Of a stretch of 64,000 nucleotides of DNA, positions 19,122 to 29,238 are shown piece by piece (positions within the stretch are counted from its first letter, which is position 1; each line of letters opens with the position of its first letter). Location of the stretch: the NCBI GenBank assembly GCA_002839765.1, contig PGYR01000005.1, forward strand, positions 1 to 64,000. The letters run 5' to 3'. Position numbers and translations under genes: made by a program. The notes beneath the pieces were generated by a model. It worked only from the letters and a program-made list of their open reading frames with translations, was not told the origin of the DNA and ran no database searches. This stretch comes from Ignavibacteriae bacterium HGW-Ignavibacteriae-4. Its GTDB lineage: Bacteria; Bacteroidota; Ignavibacteria; Kapaibacteriales; UBA2268.

Positions 19122-19700
19122 TTATTTGGTTAATTTTTCTACTAATAATAATTCGGAGCTAACTACTTCGGTGACTCTAATTATTGTTGATGTCTTTAAA
19201 TCTTCGTCGGCATCAGTAATTGCTTCTAATTCACGCAAACTACCCTGCACTTTTATTTGTATCTTACCCATTTTAGAACGATTGGCGCCTATTGGTATGT
19301 AAACTTCTCCAACTGCTCCTATCGCATTTTCTATTTTCAAAGTCCCGGATTCGGCCATTTTCCCCATCCAATAAAACAGGAGCGAGGTCAAAAACATCAT
19401 AGCCAAACCAGCAGCAGTAGAAATTATAATAGTAGGAATATCCGACAATCCATTATCTATGCAGGTAATACCAGTCCACCCGAAAATAGTGAAAAAAGCT
19501 ATTACATTTTTGAAGGTGAAGAACTGAGACCCAATTCCCCCGTGATCACCATCTGCTACGTCTATGTCAGACTCTAAATCTGCATCACCACCACCAACAA
19601 AGGTGATAATAAATATAACTACAAATAGAGCCGAACCTATTAAGGCAACGTACCAATAGGCTTGCTCGAGGGTGGTCATTCCGCTAAAAAATTCATTCAT
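19122..19700 (-). CDS. YqiJ/NfeD-like membrane protein (flotillin partner)
   Basis: Membrane N-terminal half, acidic linker, C-terminal OB-like segment; conserved position immediately upstream of flotillin. Confidence 0.6.
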   Translation of the reverse strand: MNEFFSGMTTLEQAYWYVALIGSALFVVIFIITFVGGGDADLESDIDVADGDHGGIGSQFFTFKNVIAFFTIFGWTGITCIDNGLSDIPTIIISTAAGLAMMFLTSLLFYWMGKMAESGTLKIENAIGAVGEVYIPIGANRSKMGKIQIKVQGSLRELEAITDADEDLKTSTIIRVTEVVSSELLLVEKLTK

Positions 19701-19805
19701 ATCATTTTATCAATTTTGTGATTATCGAATATAGAGAATTTATTTGGATTATATGTGAGAATCTTTCATTCGCACTATTAAATTTTGATAATTGGGAAGA
19801 AGTGA

Positions 19806-19850
19806 AACAAACTATCAAAACTTGCAAAATTTACAAGTTTTGATAGTTTA
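19806..19850. repeat. Direct repeat B, copy 1 (45 bp, perfect; 15-bp-stem hairpin)
   Basis: aacaaactatcaaaacttgcaaaatttacaagttttgatagttta; identical copy at 21128..21172; stem aactatcaaaacttg / caagttttgatagtt. Confidence 0.9.
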
Positions 19851-19858
19851 TAGTGTGA

Positions 19859-21112
19859 TTACTTTTCTAAAGTTTTTTGTTTTTCGTTAGTGTCCAACAA
19901 CCAGCTGAAAACATTCTGATGAATAACTCCACTACGGTTTATTGTGAACGAATCTGTCGTCAGTAAATATTTCGGATAATTATCATTGATATTTTCTAAA
20001 GCACCGAACTCTCGTTCTACCGTATTATCATTGGTCATCTGCCAAGCAACTTGGTAGTATTCTATATCGCCTGTTGGTGTTTTGCAGACAAAATCTACTT
20101 CGTTGTTACGAGTAGTACCAGTCCAAATTTTGTTTCCTCTACGCAGAAGTTCAAGAAAAACAATGTTTTCTAATATGTGTCCTCTGTCGGTTGTGCGTTC
20201 TTTCCCAGCCAACACATTCAACAGTCCTGCATCTACCAAATAGTATTTTTCTTGGGTAGCTAATTGTTTTTTACCTTTCAAATCAAAACGATTTACTTTG
20301 TAAAACACAAAACTAGATACCAGATAATCCAAATAATTCTCAACGGTAGCGTGATGAATGGTTTGCCCATCTTGTTTTAGTGTCTTGGATATATTACCTG
20401 GCGAAAGTGAATTGCCGATATTAGAAGCTACAAACTTTACTACATTACCAAAAGCTCGCTTGTTATTTATTTGATGTCGTTGTGTTATGTCTTTTTCAAT
20501 TATAGTAGTGTAAATGGCTTCCAAATATTCGTAAATTTTGTCGAACCCATTTTCACGTAATTCAATGCCTTTGGGCAATGATGTTTCGTTTATGTAATCA
20601 AAAAATAGAGCTTCGTAATTGAGGTATTTATTTCCGTAATCAATGCTTCGTGCAGTTAAATACTCTTTGAACGAAAATGGGAGAATTGAGATTTCAATAT
20701 AACGTCCACTTAGCAAAGTAGCTAACTCGCTACTAAGTAAAAAAGCATTAGAGCCAGTTATATATACATCAGTATTTTCAGTAGCGAATAAACCATCTAC
20801 CAGTTTTTCAAAGGAGGCTATGTTTTGTACTTCATCCAAAAAAATATAGTTAGGTTTGTCTGACTTTAGTTTGTTTTTAATCTCAAAGTAAATATCGCTC
20901 CAAGTCTTATCCAAATAGTTTTCGGGCAACTCAAAATTATAGAATTGTATCTGCTGTTTTCCGACACCTTGTTTCTTTAGCTGCTTTCTGTAAAGTTCTA
21001 ACAAAGTACTTTTACCAGACCTACGTAAACCACTTATAACTTTTATAAGGTCTTTATCTTTGTAAGCCAGTAACTTATCAATGTATTCTTTGCGATTTGT
21101 GTAATTATCCAT
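19859..21112 (-). CDS. AAA+ superfamily ATPase, COG1373 type (AAA_14 + DUF4143), second copy
   Basis: Walker A SGLRRSGKST, Walker B FLDEVQ, 417 aa; same architecture as 1753..3183 but divergent sequence. Confidence 0.7.
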   Translation of the reverse strand: MDNYTNRKEYIDKLLAYKDKDLIKVISGLRRSGKSTLLELYRKQLKKQGVGKQQIQFYNFELPENYLDKTWSDIYFEIKNKLKSDKPNYIFLDEVQNIASFEKLVDGLFATENTDVYITGSNAFLLSSELATLLSGRYIEISILPFSFKEYLTARSIDYGNKYLNYEALFFDYINETSLPKGIELRENGFDKIYEYLEAIYTTIIEKDITQRHQINNKRAFGNVVKFVASNIGNSLSPGNISKTLKQDGQTIHHATVENYLDYLVSSFVFYKVNRFDLKGKKQLATQEKYYLVDAGLLNVLAGKERTTDRGHILENIVFLELLRRGNKIWTGTTRNNEVDFVCKTPTGDIEYYQVAWQMTNDNTVEREFGALENINDNYPKYLLTTDSFTINRSGVIHQNVFSWLLDTNEKQKTLEK

Positions 21113-21127
21113 AACACTAATATAAGC

Positions 21128-21172
21128 AACAAACTATCAAAACTTGCAAAATTTACAAGTTTTGATAGTTTA
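21128..21172. repeat. Direct repeat B, copy 2
   Basis: 45/45 identical to 19806..19850; lies between DUF2130 gene stop and ATPase start. Confidence 0.9.
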
Positions 21173-21191
21173 GAGCGAGATTTCTACTACT

Positions 21192-22442
21192 TTACTCATC
21201 CCCAAGTGCATCAAATTTTGCCTTCATAGTTGGGTTTCCGTGCGTTAATTTTTTGATAGTCAGATCTTCTGCTTTGTTATTGGCTAAGCGGAGTTGGTTT
21301 TCGGAAGAGAGTAGCGCCGCTTTAGTTTTTTCAAGATGAGAGATTGTCTTGTCTATTTCTTCAATCGCTGTGTTGAATTTACGGCTAGCTAGTTCGTAAT
21401 TCTTAGCAAATCCGTCTTTGAATGCGTCTATTTTTTCTTCAAAATTTGTTATGTCAACGTTCTGATTTCTAATCAAAGCTAGCTCGGCTTTGTATTGCAT
21501 CGATTTCATTGCAGCATTGCGAAGTAATGTAATAATCTGAATGAAGAACTGGGGACGTACTACATACATTTTTGGGTAGCGGTGTGATACATCAACTATA
21601 CCCATATTATAGTACTCGCTGTCCGCTTCTAATAGTGATACGAGAACGGCATATTCGCATTTCTTTTGCGTGCGGTCTTTGTCCAATTCTCTCAGGAAAT
21701 CTTCATTCTTTTTCTTAGTTGCCGTTTCGTCACTTTCGTTTTTCATCTCGAACATTATTGAGATTATTTCATTTCCTGCTTCGTCGGTTTCCCTGTATAT
21801 ATAGTCGCCCTTGCTGCCAGATTTGGAATCATTATCTTTCTCAAAATATGCTTGTTGGAAAGCAGTAGAACGGAGCTTATTGAACTCATTTTCGCAATGC
21901 AGCTCGAGAGTCTCACCAATCATTTTGGTGGAGAGCTTGAGCTTCATATCTTTGTATCGCTCTATCATCTCGTCTTTCGATTTCAACTCAACTTCGTACT
22001 TCTCCTTTATGGATACTTCGCGAAGCACCATCTCTTGTTCTTTAGTTTGCAGCTTGTTTTTGTAATCGTCACGCTCTTTTTCGACTGAGTTACGAGCTTC
22101 CGTAACAGCGAGTTTTTTCTCCAATTCCCAGCTATCTATTTTAGCTTTCATTTCTGCAATTTGGGATTCTTTTTTCGCTAACTGTTCGGCAAGATCGCGT
22201 TCATTTTTTGCTTTCAGTTCAGCTATTAGTGAATCTTTTCTGGCAATGTCCTCTTGCATGGAGTTTTTGAGGTTGGCTTCGGCAAGTCTAACGGCGTTCG
22301 TTTTTTCATTTTCTGCAATAACAAGTCTGTCGTGCAGGTCTTTCTCAAATTGATCATCGCGTACTTGCTTTAGTATGTCAGCGAATCCAGCTTCATCGAC
22401 TCTGAAAGTCTTTTGACAATGTGGGCATATAATGTCTTTCAT
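21192..22442 (-). CDS. DUF2130-like protein: N-terminal CxxC...C zinc ribbon, long coiled coil, C-terminal globular domain
   Basis: [15 protein letters not shown] start; ~200 aa heptad-rich E/K segment; C-terminal region with D..E.K-like core (GDYIYRE...IMFEMKNE). Confidence 0.5.
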   Translation of the reverse strand: MKDIICPHCQKTFRVDEAGFADILKQVRDDQFEKDLHDRLVIAENEKTNAVRLAEANLKNSMQEDIARKDSLIAELKAKNERDLAEQLAKKESQIAEMKAKIDSWELEKKLAVTEARNSVEKERDDYKNKLQTKEQEMVLREVSIKEKYEVELKSKDEMIERYKDMKLKLSTKMIGETLELHCENEFNKLRSTAFQQAYFEKDNDSKSGSKGDYIYRETDEAGNEIISIMFEMKNESDETATKKKNEDFLRELDKDRTQKKCEYAVLVSLLEADSEYYNMGIVDVSHRYPKMYVVRPQFFIQIITLLRNAAMKSMQYKAELALIRNQNVDITNFEEKIDAFKDGFAKNYELASRKFNTAIEEIDKTISHLEKTKAALLSSENQLRLANNKAEDLTIKKLTHGNPTMKAKFDALGDE

Positions 22443-22786
22443 ATTGATTATGGTTTTTGTTTATAGTTTAATCAAAAATTACATTATAATTCTATATTTT
22501 GCAATTATAACTTAATACATCTCCCTTGCAAACTCTTGAGCTTAAGAGTCTATCTCACCTTTGATAATTTATTCTTTTCAAATATAGAATGAAATTGAGT
22601 GGTTTGGTAGGGGCTAGTTATGAAGGAAACAATACAACAGTTGACTGATATAATATCAATTATGGAACATATTGGAAGTGATTAAGCCAAAAAGTTTCTC
22701 TCCCTTATTAAAACATGATTTACTCGCGAAAGTACTAAAATTTATTGATATTTCGATACGCTATTAGAAATAATAGTTTCAATTTA

Positions 22787-23956
22787 TTATTGAACAACAA
22801 TTTTATTAACACTTACAACATTCCCCTTAGTATCTGAAGCTAGTAATATATAAACCCCTGTACTTATAGTACTAGGAAGTTTAATATTTATAGTTTTAAA
22901 TGAATTTAAGACATCTTTCGAAAATAATCGTTTTCCACTTTGGTCTGAAATGGTAATTCTTGAAACTAAATTCTCTGAATTATCAAGGGAAACATTTGAA
23001 CCGATCTTTACAGGATTTGGGAATATATTAAATTTATCTTTAGAGTCTGAAACTACTGATGTTAGACCATGCGATAAATATTTAAATGACACATATCCTT
23101 CTTTCATATTATAAGAAGCAACAGATTGACCATATCCTGACGCGTAATAATCATAGTATACTTCTGTATTCGTTACTCCTTGAGTTAACCCTAAAGCAGA
23201 CAATAATTGAGTCGGAGCTGGCTGATTACCTAAGAATATACTATCGCTCTTAATAATTTCAGATTTAATTAAAAGAGCATCTATTGTCAATAATATATCT
23301 TCCTTATTCGGTTTATCTAGGATTGTTAACTTACCCGAACCAACTACTGTTCTAGTTTCATTGACATAAGTTATTATTTCCCCAGGTGACTCAATAACTT
23401 CATAAGCTGCAATGGACAGTTCGTAATCTACGACCATTTTATAATTTTCAGTCCAAGTCTTTTCATATTCCAGAGGGAATTTTATAATATCTGACCTACC
23501 TTCAATTGGGTAGTCACCTTTCAGTATTTTCAATATATCATCAGCACCACCTGTATGGAATTCTAAAGGAATTACATTTTCTGTAATTCTTCTTCCAATT
23601 TTATAATACCCTTGATCATCTATTGAGTAAAAGTCATTGCTCTCATATAAAAATCTATTTAGAGAATATTCTTTAAATATAAAATGAAAAGCATCTTTAT
23701 AAAAATTATCTCCAGATGCATTAATATAATCTTCTATCATAGCATGTGTAGCATCTAAATTAGTTAAATCCCAGTTTTGGTTACTTCCTGATGAAGGTGG
23801 TATTATGTCAGTTTTGAATTCCAGATCACTCCAAGTGTCATAACTAGCTTCTATTGGGTAATCTGATCTATTTATTACTACTTGAGAGGAAGAAGAAGTA
23901 TTAAACACTAACGTAAAGAAAATAAAGATTAGTGATAACTTAATCATAAAATTCAC
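22787..23956 (-). CDS. secreted protein with T9SS C-terminal sorting domain
   Basis: Signal peptide MNFMIKLSLIFIFFTLVFN; C-terminal FNIFPNPVKIGSNVSLD...GVYILLASDTKGNVVSVNKIVVQ. Confidence 0.55.
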   Translation of the reverse strand: MNFMIKLSLIFIFFTLVFNTSSSSQVVINRSDYPIEASYDTWSDLEFKTDIIPPSSGSNQNWDLTNLDATHAMIEDYINASGDNFYKDAFHFIFKEYSLNRFLYESNDFYSIDDQGYYKIGRRITENVIPLEFHTGGADDILKILKGDYPIEGRSDIIKFPLEYEKTWTENYKMVVDYELSIAAYEVIESPGEIITYVNETRTVVGSGKLTILDKPNKEDILLTIDALLIKSEIIKSDSIFLGNQPAPTQLLSALGLTQGVTNTEVYYDYYASGYGQSVASYNMKEGYVSFKYLSHGLTSVVSDSKDKFNIFPNPVKIGSNVSLDNSENLVSRITISDQSGKRLFSKDVLNSFKTINIKLPSTISTGVYILLASDTKGNVVSVNKIVVQ

Positions 23957-24078
23957 GGAGTTTTTGTTTAGTAAAGAAACAAATTAGCTATTTATTTTAT
24001 GTTATAGACTAATTACTTTAATAAAGAGCTTTTAGAAAAAATAAAATATGGAAGTGAAGTTCTAAATATTTCTCTTCT

Positions 24079-24786
24079 CTATATTCTAACCAGAGTTTTA
24101 AAATAAGTTGGTATTTCTGTCTGGAAAGTCATATCATCTTTCGTATATGGATGTCTAATAGTAAGTGAGCCGGAATGAAGAGCCAATCTTTGAGCACCTT
24201 TACCCTTATTCCCGTATATTTTGTCACCAACAATCGGATGACCAAATTCAGAAAAATGAACACGGATTTGATGTTTTCTACCGGTAAGTAGATTTATTTC
24301 CAGCATACTATATCTAGTAGATTCGACTACTACTTTATAGCGGGTTTTAGAAAATTTTGCATTTTCAGAATCATCTTTAGACGATACCTTAAAGTCTCTA
24401 TCTTCCAAAAGTTCTGATGATATTATTCCATCTTTTTCTTCAAGTTTGCCGTGCACTACTGCATAATATGTTTTACTGAAATGCTGCCAATGTTCTTGCA
24501 AAAAATTCTTTGCATTTTGGTTTTTAGCAAAGACTAGAATCCCTGAAGTATCTTTATCAAGACGGTGCACTATAAATATTCGATTTTTTGAACGTGCTAT
24601 TCCTTTTCTAACATAATCAGTCAGTAGAAAGTAAGCTGTTTTTTCCTTCTCTCTTTCTGTCCCCATAGTCAACAGACCAGCTATCTTATCTACAACTATA
24701 ATATCATGATCCTCATAGAGAATTGATAGACCTTTTGGTTGGTGCTTCTTTGATGGTTTTTTAAAACTGTGTTTTTTTTCTGTCAT
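24079..24786 (-). CDS. RluA-family pseudouridine synthase
   Basis: Catalytic motif HRLDKDTSGILVFAKN; 235 aa. Confidence 0.8.
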   Translation of the reverse strand: MTEKKHSFKKPSKKHQPKGLSILYEDHDIIVVDKIAGLLTMGTEREKEKTAYFLLTDYVRKGIARSKNRIFIVHRLDKDTSGILVFAKNQNAKNFLQEHWQHFSKTYYAVVHGKLEEKDGIISSELLEDRDFKVSSKDDSENAKFSKTRYKVVVESTRYSMLEINLLTGRKHQIRVHFSEFGHPIVGDKIYGNKGKGAQRLALHSGSLTIRHPYTKDDMTFQTEIPTYFKTLVRI

Positions 24787-24910
24787 GTTTATTCGACTGT
24801 TTAATTCGGGTTAGATTGATTATCATAATACGAATATACGACATTCGTATTAATGATTAACAAAGATAGAGAATTACTGACCGAATTGGAGCGAAAATCA
24901 AACACTCTAC

Positions 24911-25531
24911 TCACAGCTTTCTAAAACTGCAAAACACAAAGTTTTGGATTGACCCCGATGGGGTTAGGTGGTCAGTTGTTATACTATCTATTTTATGAAA
25001 GTGATTCTTGAAACGTTCTGTCATTGTAGCTTCTGAGTATTGCTTTATATCTATACCACTGCATTTTGTTGGACCTTGTTCGGAGAATGTACCGATTACT
25101 AAAACGCCAGTCGGAGTGATATTCTGATGTGCCGTTTCTATGTAATATGAGATCTCTTGTTCATCAGTAAGGAAGTGAAAAGCCGCTCGGTCGTGCCAGA
25201 AGTCGTATTGCTCGGATGGGGTGAAATTAGATGCGTCAGCAACTATCCATTTGACTTCACCTGCTCGAGTACCTAGTCGCTGCTTTGCCCTTTCAATAGC
25301 TGCTGCCGAGATGTCGAGTACTGTTATGTCTTGATAGCCCAGCTCCAACAAATGGTCAACTAAAAAGCTATCCCCACCTCCTATGTCAATTATCTTAGCT
25401 GTTTTCGGTACATTGAATTTTGTAAAGAAATCCAACGAAGTCGTAGGAGTAGGTTGATACCAACTAACTTCTGTTAGCTCTTTCGTCTGGTATATATTCT
25501 CCCAGTGTTCTTTGCGGTTTAGGTTTTGCAT
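24911..25531 (-). CDS. class I SAM-dependent methyltransferase
   Basis: Motif I IIDIGGGDSFLV; post-I acidic VLDIS; 206 aa. Confidence 0.65.
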   Translation of the reverse strand: MQNLNRKEHWENIYQTKELTEVSWYQPTPTTSLDFFTKFNVPKTAKIIDIGGGDSFLVDHLLELGYQDITVLDISAAAIERAKQRLGTRAGEVKWIVADASNFTPSEQYDFWHDRAAFHFLTDEQEISYYIETAHQNITPTGVLVIGTFSEQGPTKCSGIDIKQYSEATMTERFKNHFHKIDSITTDHLTPSGSIQNFVFCSFRKL

Positions 25532-25547
25532 GGTGAATTTATATGGT

Positions 25548-26261
25548 TTACTTTATTATCAAATCTGCTAATGTTCCAATTAGAACAGCCAGTAATAAGA
25601 ATGTGAGCATACCAAGTAAATATGCAAATAATGCTTTTATATAGCTTACTAATTTTCCTTTTTCGAAGAACTGACCAATAGCCCAAGTAGTGTAAACAAA
25701 CCCTACGATTCCTGCTACCTGCATAAGCTCTATATGAAACAAACCTTGTAGAATAGCAAATACTGAGAAAATCAACATACCCAATCCCATAGCAAAGCAT
25801 AGGAGTATCAGTATTTCAAAGAAGTTGTATTGATACTTTTTGAAGAAGAGTTTACACCATAGAGCAATGAATATCCCCATCATAATATTGGCGTAACCAT
25901 AGTGAGCTTGTATCCACTGGAAGATATAAGTAGTGGAGGTCTTCTCTGCCCCACTGAACTTTATATAACTATCCTCGAAGTGAAAAAAGTTATTGACTAT
26001 GGAATAAAATAGAGAGGTAAGAATAATGAAGAGTATCGGTTTAACTAGTCGGCTTCTATTGTTAGTTATATAATTCTTTACGTTCTCACCAGGTCTAGTT
26101 ATCAATTCACGAATTGTAAATAAAAACCCCTTTTCTAAATGTAAAACGTGTGTTATTTCGTGCATTATGTAATGCCCGTCTATTCTTTCTAGCTCTTTCG
26201 CTTCGCCACAATTCGGGCAAAAGTTCTCTTTTACTTCTGTGTTGCAGTTATTACAATTCAT
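25548..26261 (-). CDS. DUF3667-like membrane protein with N-terminal zinc ribbon
   Basis: MNCNNCNTEVKENFCPNCGE then 4-5 TM segments. Confidence 0.5.
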   Translation of the reverse strand: MNCNNCNTEVKENFCPNCGEAKELERIDGHYIMHEITHVLHLEKGFLFTIRELITRPGENVKNYITNNRSRLVKPILFIILTSLFYSIVNNFFHFEDSYIKFSGAEKTSTTYIFQWIQAHYGYANIMMGIFIALWCKLFFKKYQYNFFEILILLCFAMGLGMLIFSVFAILQGLFHIELMQVAGIVGFVYTTWAIGQFFEKGKLVSYIKALFAYLLGMLTFLLLAVLIGTLADLIIK

Positions 26262-26317
26262 ATCATTTGTTCTTATCTTATTTAAGTAGGTTCCAAAATA
26301 TACTTAATTTCAATAAC

Positions 26318-27301
26318 CTACAACAATATATTAAACAAATATCCCGATATGATGATACAGAGAGTAACGACACTGAAAAAGATGACAATTAGCTTCACTG
26401 TCATTACTTTCTTGAGTAGCATTGCTTCTGGTAGTGATAGCCCCACAACGCCCATCATGAAAGCGATTGCAGTCCCTAGTGGTATTCCTTTCGCAACTAA
26501 TACTTGAACTACTGGCAATATACCCGATGCGTTCGAGTACATAGGTACTGCCAATATGGTAGCAATCGGAACGGCAAAAAGATTGTCCTTGTCCATATAT
26601 TGTTCGAAGAATCCTTCTGGTATGTAACCGTGCATTAGTCCGCCTATAGCGATTCCAACGATAACATAGGGAACTATTCCTTTGATTATCGTTAATACCT
26701 CTTTCCAGATTACAGGTAGTCTTTGGGTGAGTGTTTGTTTCTCTGCAACAAAAGCGTCTTGTTCTCTTTGTGCGCTTGCCAATACTTCTTTTACCCATGG
26801 TGTTAGGTGTGTTTCTAGATTCAATTTCTGTAGTATCGCCCCCGAAATAGTTCCTAGTAGTACACCACTTATTACATAGATAACGGTCGTTTTTAGTCCG
26901 AATAAACCTATGAATAAACCTATGGCTACTTCATTAACTAGTGGTGAGGTAATCAAAAATGAGAAGGTAACTCCAAGTGGAATACCTCCACGCACAAACC
27001 CTATGAACAGTGGGACAGAAGAACAAGAACAAAATGGAGTTACCACTCCAAAAAGGCTCGCCATTAAGTATTCCAAGCCATATAATTTGTGTCTCGAAAG
27101 ATAGTTCTTGACCTTGTCTATGGGGAAATAACTATTGACTATTCCCATAAAGAATATGACTACAAAAAGTAGTAATAAAATCTTAGTGGAGTCATAGATA
27201 AAAAAGTTGAGAGCTTCAGCCAGATGCTGACCTCTACTCAAATCAAAAATATCATAGACTAGCCAATCTGCTATATTTTGTATCCAATCAAACATTGTCA
27301 A
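26318..27301 (-). CDS. arsP: ArsP-like organoarsenical efflux permease (DUF318 family)
   Basis: Signature TPFCSCSSVP in a TM helix; ~8 TM; adjacent small thioredoxin-like protein as usual for this family; sits in ars cluster. Confidence 0.65.
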   Translation of the reverse strand: MTMFDWIQNIADWLVYDIFDLSRGQHLAEALNFFIYDSTKILLLLFVVIFFMGIVNSYFPIDKVKNYLSRHKLYGLEYLMASLFGVVTPFCSCSSVPLFIGFVRGGIPLGVTFSFLITSPLVNEVAIGLFIGLFGLKTTVIYVISGVLLGTISGAILQKLNLETHLTPWVKEVLASAQREQDAFVAEKQTLTQRLPVIWKEVLTIIKGIVPYVIVGIAIGGLMHGYIPEGFFEQYMDKDNLFAVPIATILAVPMYSNASGILPVVQVLVAKGIPLGTAIAFMMGVVGLSLPEAMLLKKVMTVKLIVIFFSVVTLCIIISGYLFNILL

Positions 27302-27713
27302 CTGTCTCTATACTACCAGTAATAGAGCAAGACAATTTAACAGTATTGTATATAGTGCCGAACTTCTCGATGTTCTTTTTCAGCAATGCTGTATTTAGCT
27401 TTGCGTCATTGCTATAAATGGTCAACTTATAGTCTATATGATCCATTCGTGGTGGATTCTCAAGCCGTGTTGCGTTTACTTCTACAGTTGCTTTAGAGTA
27501 AGTGAAATGCATCATTCCCGAGAAACGTTCTACATTTTTGAGCATACATGAAGAGAATGAACCCAAGAATAATTCCGCTGGACTTGGCAATGTTTCAGTA
27601 GTTTCGGGTGTAGTTCCAAAATCTATTTCCGATTGCTTTATATGAATCGTGGCATCCTGATTTGAAATAGATGATGCCGTTATTTTGTATTTCAATAGTT
27701 CTTTTTCTTTCAT
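27288..27713 (-). CDS. OsmC/Ohr-family peroxiredoxin-like protein
   Basis: 141 aa, two conserved Cys (FSSCM, LSCS) spaced as in OsmC/Ohr. Confidence 0.5.
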   Translation of the reverse strand: MKEKELLKYKITASSISNQDATIHIKQSEIDFGTTPETTETLPSPAELFLGSFSSCMLKNVERFSGMMHFTYSKATVEVNATRLENPPRMDHIDYKLTIYSNDAKLNTALLKKNIEKFGTIYNTVKLSCSITGSIETVDNV

Positions 27714-27955
27714 TTCAATAACTCCAATACTTCTGATTTCGAGGGTACTCTACCCTTGATAGTAATCACATCGTCTATGACTAATGCAGGAGTAGTCATT
27801 ACGTTGTACTTTATTATTTCTGCTATATCTTCAACTTTTTCAACTGTTGCATCGATATCGTTTTCAGCAACTACATCCTTAACAACGCTAGTCATTGTAA
27901 TGCATTTGGGACATCCCGTCCCCAATATTTTAATCACTTTTGACATTTTATTCAC
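27710..27955 (-). CDS. small thioredoxin-fold redox-active disulfide protein (CPxC)
   Basis: 81 aa, LGTGCPKC motif. Confidence 0.65.
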   Translation of the reverse strand: MNKMSKVIKILGTGCPKCITMTSVVKDVVAENDIDATVEKVEDIAEIIKYNVMTTPALVIDDVITIKGRVPSKSEVLELLK

Positions 27956-28001
27956 CTAATTTAGTTTATTATATAATTATGTCTTAAATAGAATTTAGTT
28001 A

Positions 28002-28409
28002 TTACAAATTAGAAACAAACTCTCTCGCATACTCATCTATCTCATCTCTTACTGAAGCGAAAGCTGTTGCAATTTCTTCCTCAGTTCCTTTTACCTTCGA
28101 TGGGTCAGGGAACCAGTGGTGTATAGATTTGTGATTGCCTGGAATAACAGGGCATCTCTCTTTAGCGCTATTGCAAACTGTGATTACATAATCGAATTCT
28201 ATATTCGGCAAATCATCTACAGTCTTAGAAGTGTGATTGCTAATATCAATTCCTATTTCTGCCATAGTTTTTACAGCATTAGCATTCACTTCTTCTGGTT
28301 CTAGACCAGCCGAAAATACATTGTGATTATTGCCTAAGTGCTTTCTGAAAAGCGCCTCTGCCAATTGACTTCGGCAAGAGTTTGCTCTGCATAATATTAC
28401 TATATTCAT
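28002..28409 (-). CDS. arsC: arsenate reductase, LMW-PTP/thioredoxin-coupled type
   Basis: P-loop ILCRANSCRSQLAE (CX5R), downstream Cys pair context; 135 aa. Confidence 0.8.
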   Translation of the reverse strand: MNIVILCRANSCRSQLAEALFRKHLGNNHNVFSAGLEPEEVNANAVKTMAEIGIDISNHTSKTVDDLPNIEFDYVITVCNSAKERCPVIPGNHKSIHHWFPDPSKVKGTEEEIATAFASVRDEIDEYAREFVSNL

Positions 28410-28424
28410 TTATCATTCTCCTTT

Positions 28425-29132
28425 CTAGGTTAAATTTACACCAAAAAGATATCCAACTAATGCCGTCAATCCCATTGCGACTGTTCCCCAAAAAGTGATT
28501 CTTATTACTGCTTTACTTATGCTAGAACCTCCAGTTTTTGCGGCTAAACCTCCTAGTAGGATTAGGAATATAATGGCTGAACCATATAGATAATATTCCA
28601 TATTACTTATTGGTAGAAATAGTACTACCAATAGTGGAAGTACACCACCAACCGTAAAAGATGCTCCAGAAGCAAAGGCAGCTTGAATAGGTTTAGCTTG
28701 ACTAATTTCGTTTATGCCTAATTCATCTCTAACATGAGCTGCTAATGGGTCTATTGCTGTTAGCTCTTTCGCCACGGTTAATGCGGTTTGCTTTTTCAGG
28801 CCTCTCTTTTCATAAATTTCTGCTAATCGCAACAATTCGATTTCTGGCATTTCCTCTAATTCCTGCCTTTCTCTCTCAATATCTGCTTGCTCGACATCTG
28901 TTTGAGAACTCACAGATACATACTCCCCTGCTGCCATCGATAAAGCGCCAGCGACTAATCCAGCTACCGTTGCTAATATAATCGGGTCTCTAAAATCACT
29001 TGCCGCAGCAACTCCTATTGCAAGACTTGCAGTAGAAAGTATGCCATCATTCGCACCTAGTACAGCTGCTCTTAACCAATTACTTCTGTGTATATAGTGG
29101 TTATCTAAATAATCATCTTTAAGTTCTGACAT
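28425..29132 (-). CDS. VIT1/CCC1-family membrane transporter
   Basis: WLRAAVLGANDGILSTASLAIGVAAA signature, acidic cytosolic loop, C-terminal TM bundle. Confidence 0.65.
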   Translation of the reverse strand: MSELKDDYLDNHYIHRSNWLRAAVLGANDGILSTASLAIGVAAASDFRDPIILATVAGLVAGALSMAAGEYVSVSSQTDVEQADIERERQELEEMPEIELLRLAEIYEKRGLKKQTALTVAKELTAIDPLAAHVRDELGINEISQAKPIQAAFASGASFTVGGVLPLLVVLFLPISNMEYYLYGSAIIFLILLGGLAAKTGGSSISKAVIRITFWGTVAMGLTALVGYLFGVNLT

Positions 29133-29238
29133 TTTACTCTCTTGTGTATTATCACAATTATACGATATTTATTTGATCTGAAATTTGATTTTAGCAAATC
29201 TTCATTCTTCTTTCTATCATTAGTGTGTGGTAAGGGAC

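Noticed and set aside
22443-22786. 344-bp gene-free interval with hairpin actctt-gagctt-aagagt and a 21-codon ATG ORF (22617-22682)
   Set aside because: Probably just the promoter/terminator region between two minus-strand genes; the small ORF has no supporting features. Noted in case an sRNA is found by transcriptomics.
24826-24858. Perfect 10-bp-stem palindrome taatacgaat-atacgac-attcgtatta upstream of RluA gene
   Set aside because: Single copy; plausible operator or terminator but nothing else ties it to a system. Kept only as a note.
25519-25800. 93-aa ORF overlapping the DUF3667 3' end and methyltransferase start
   Set aside because: Out-of-frame overlap with two better-supported genes; Cys/Tyr-rich junk composition.
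26331-26798. 155-aa Arg/Cys-rich minus-strand ORF
   Set aside because: Alternative frame fully inside the ArsP permease gene; the arsP frame has the family signature and membrane periodicity, this frame does not.
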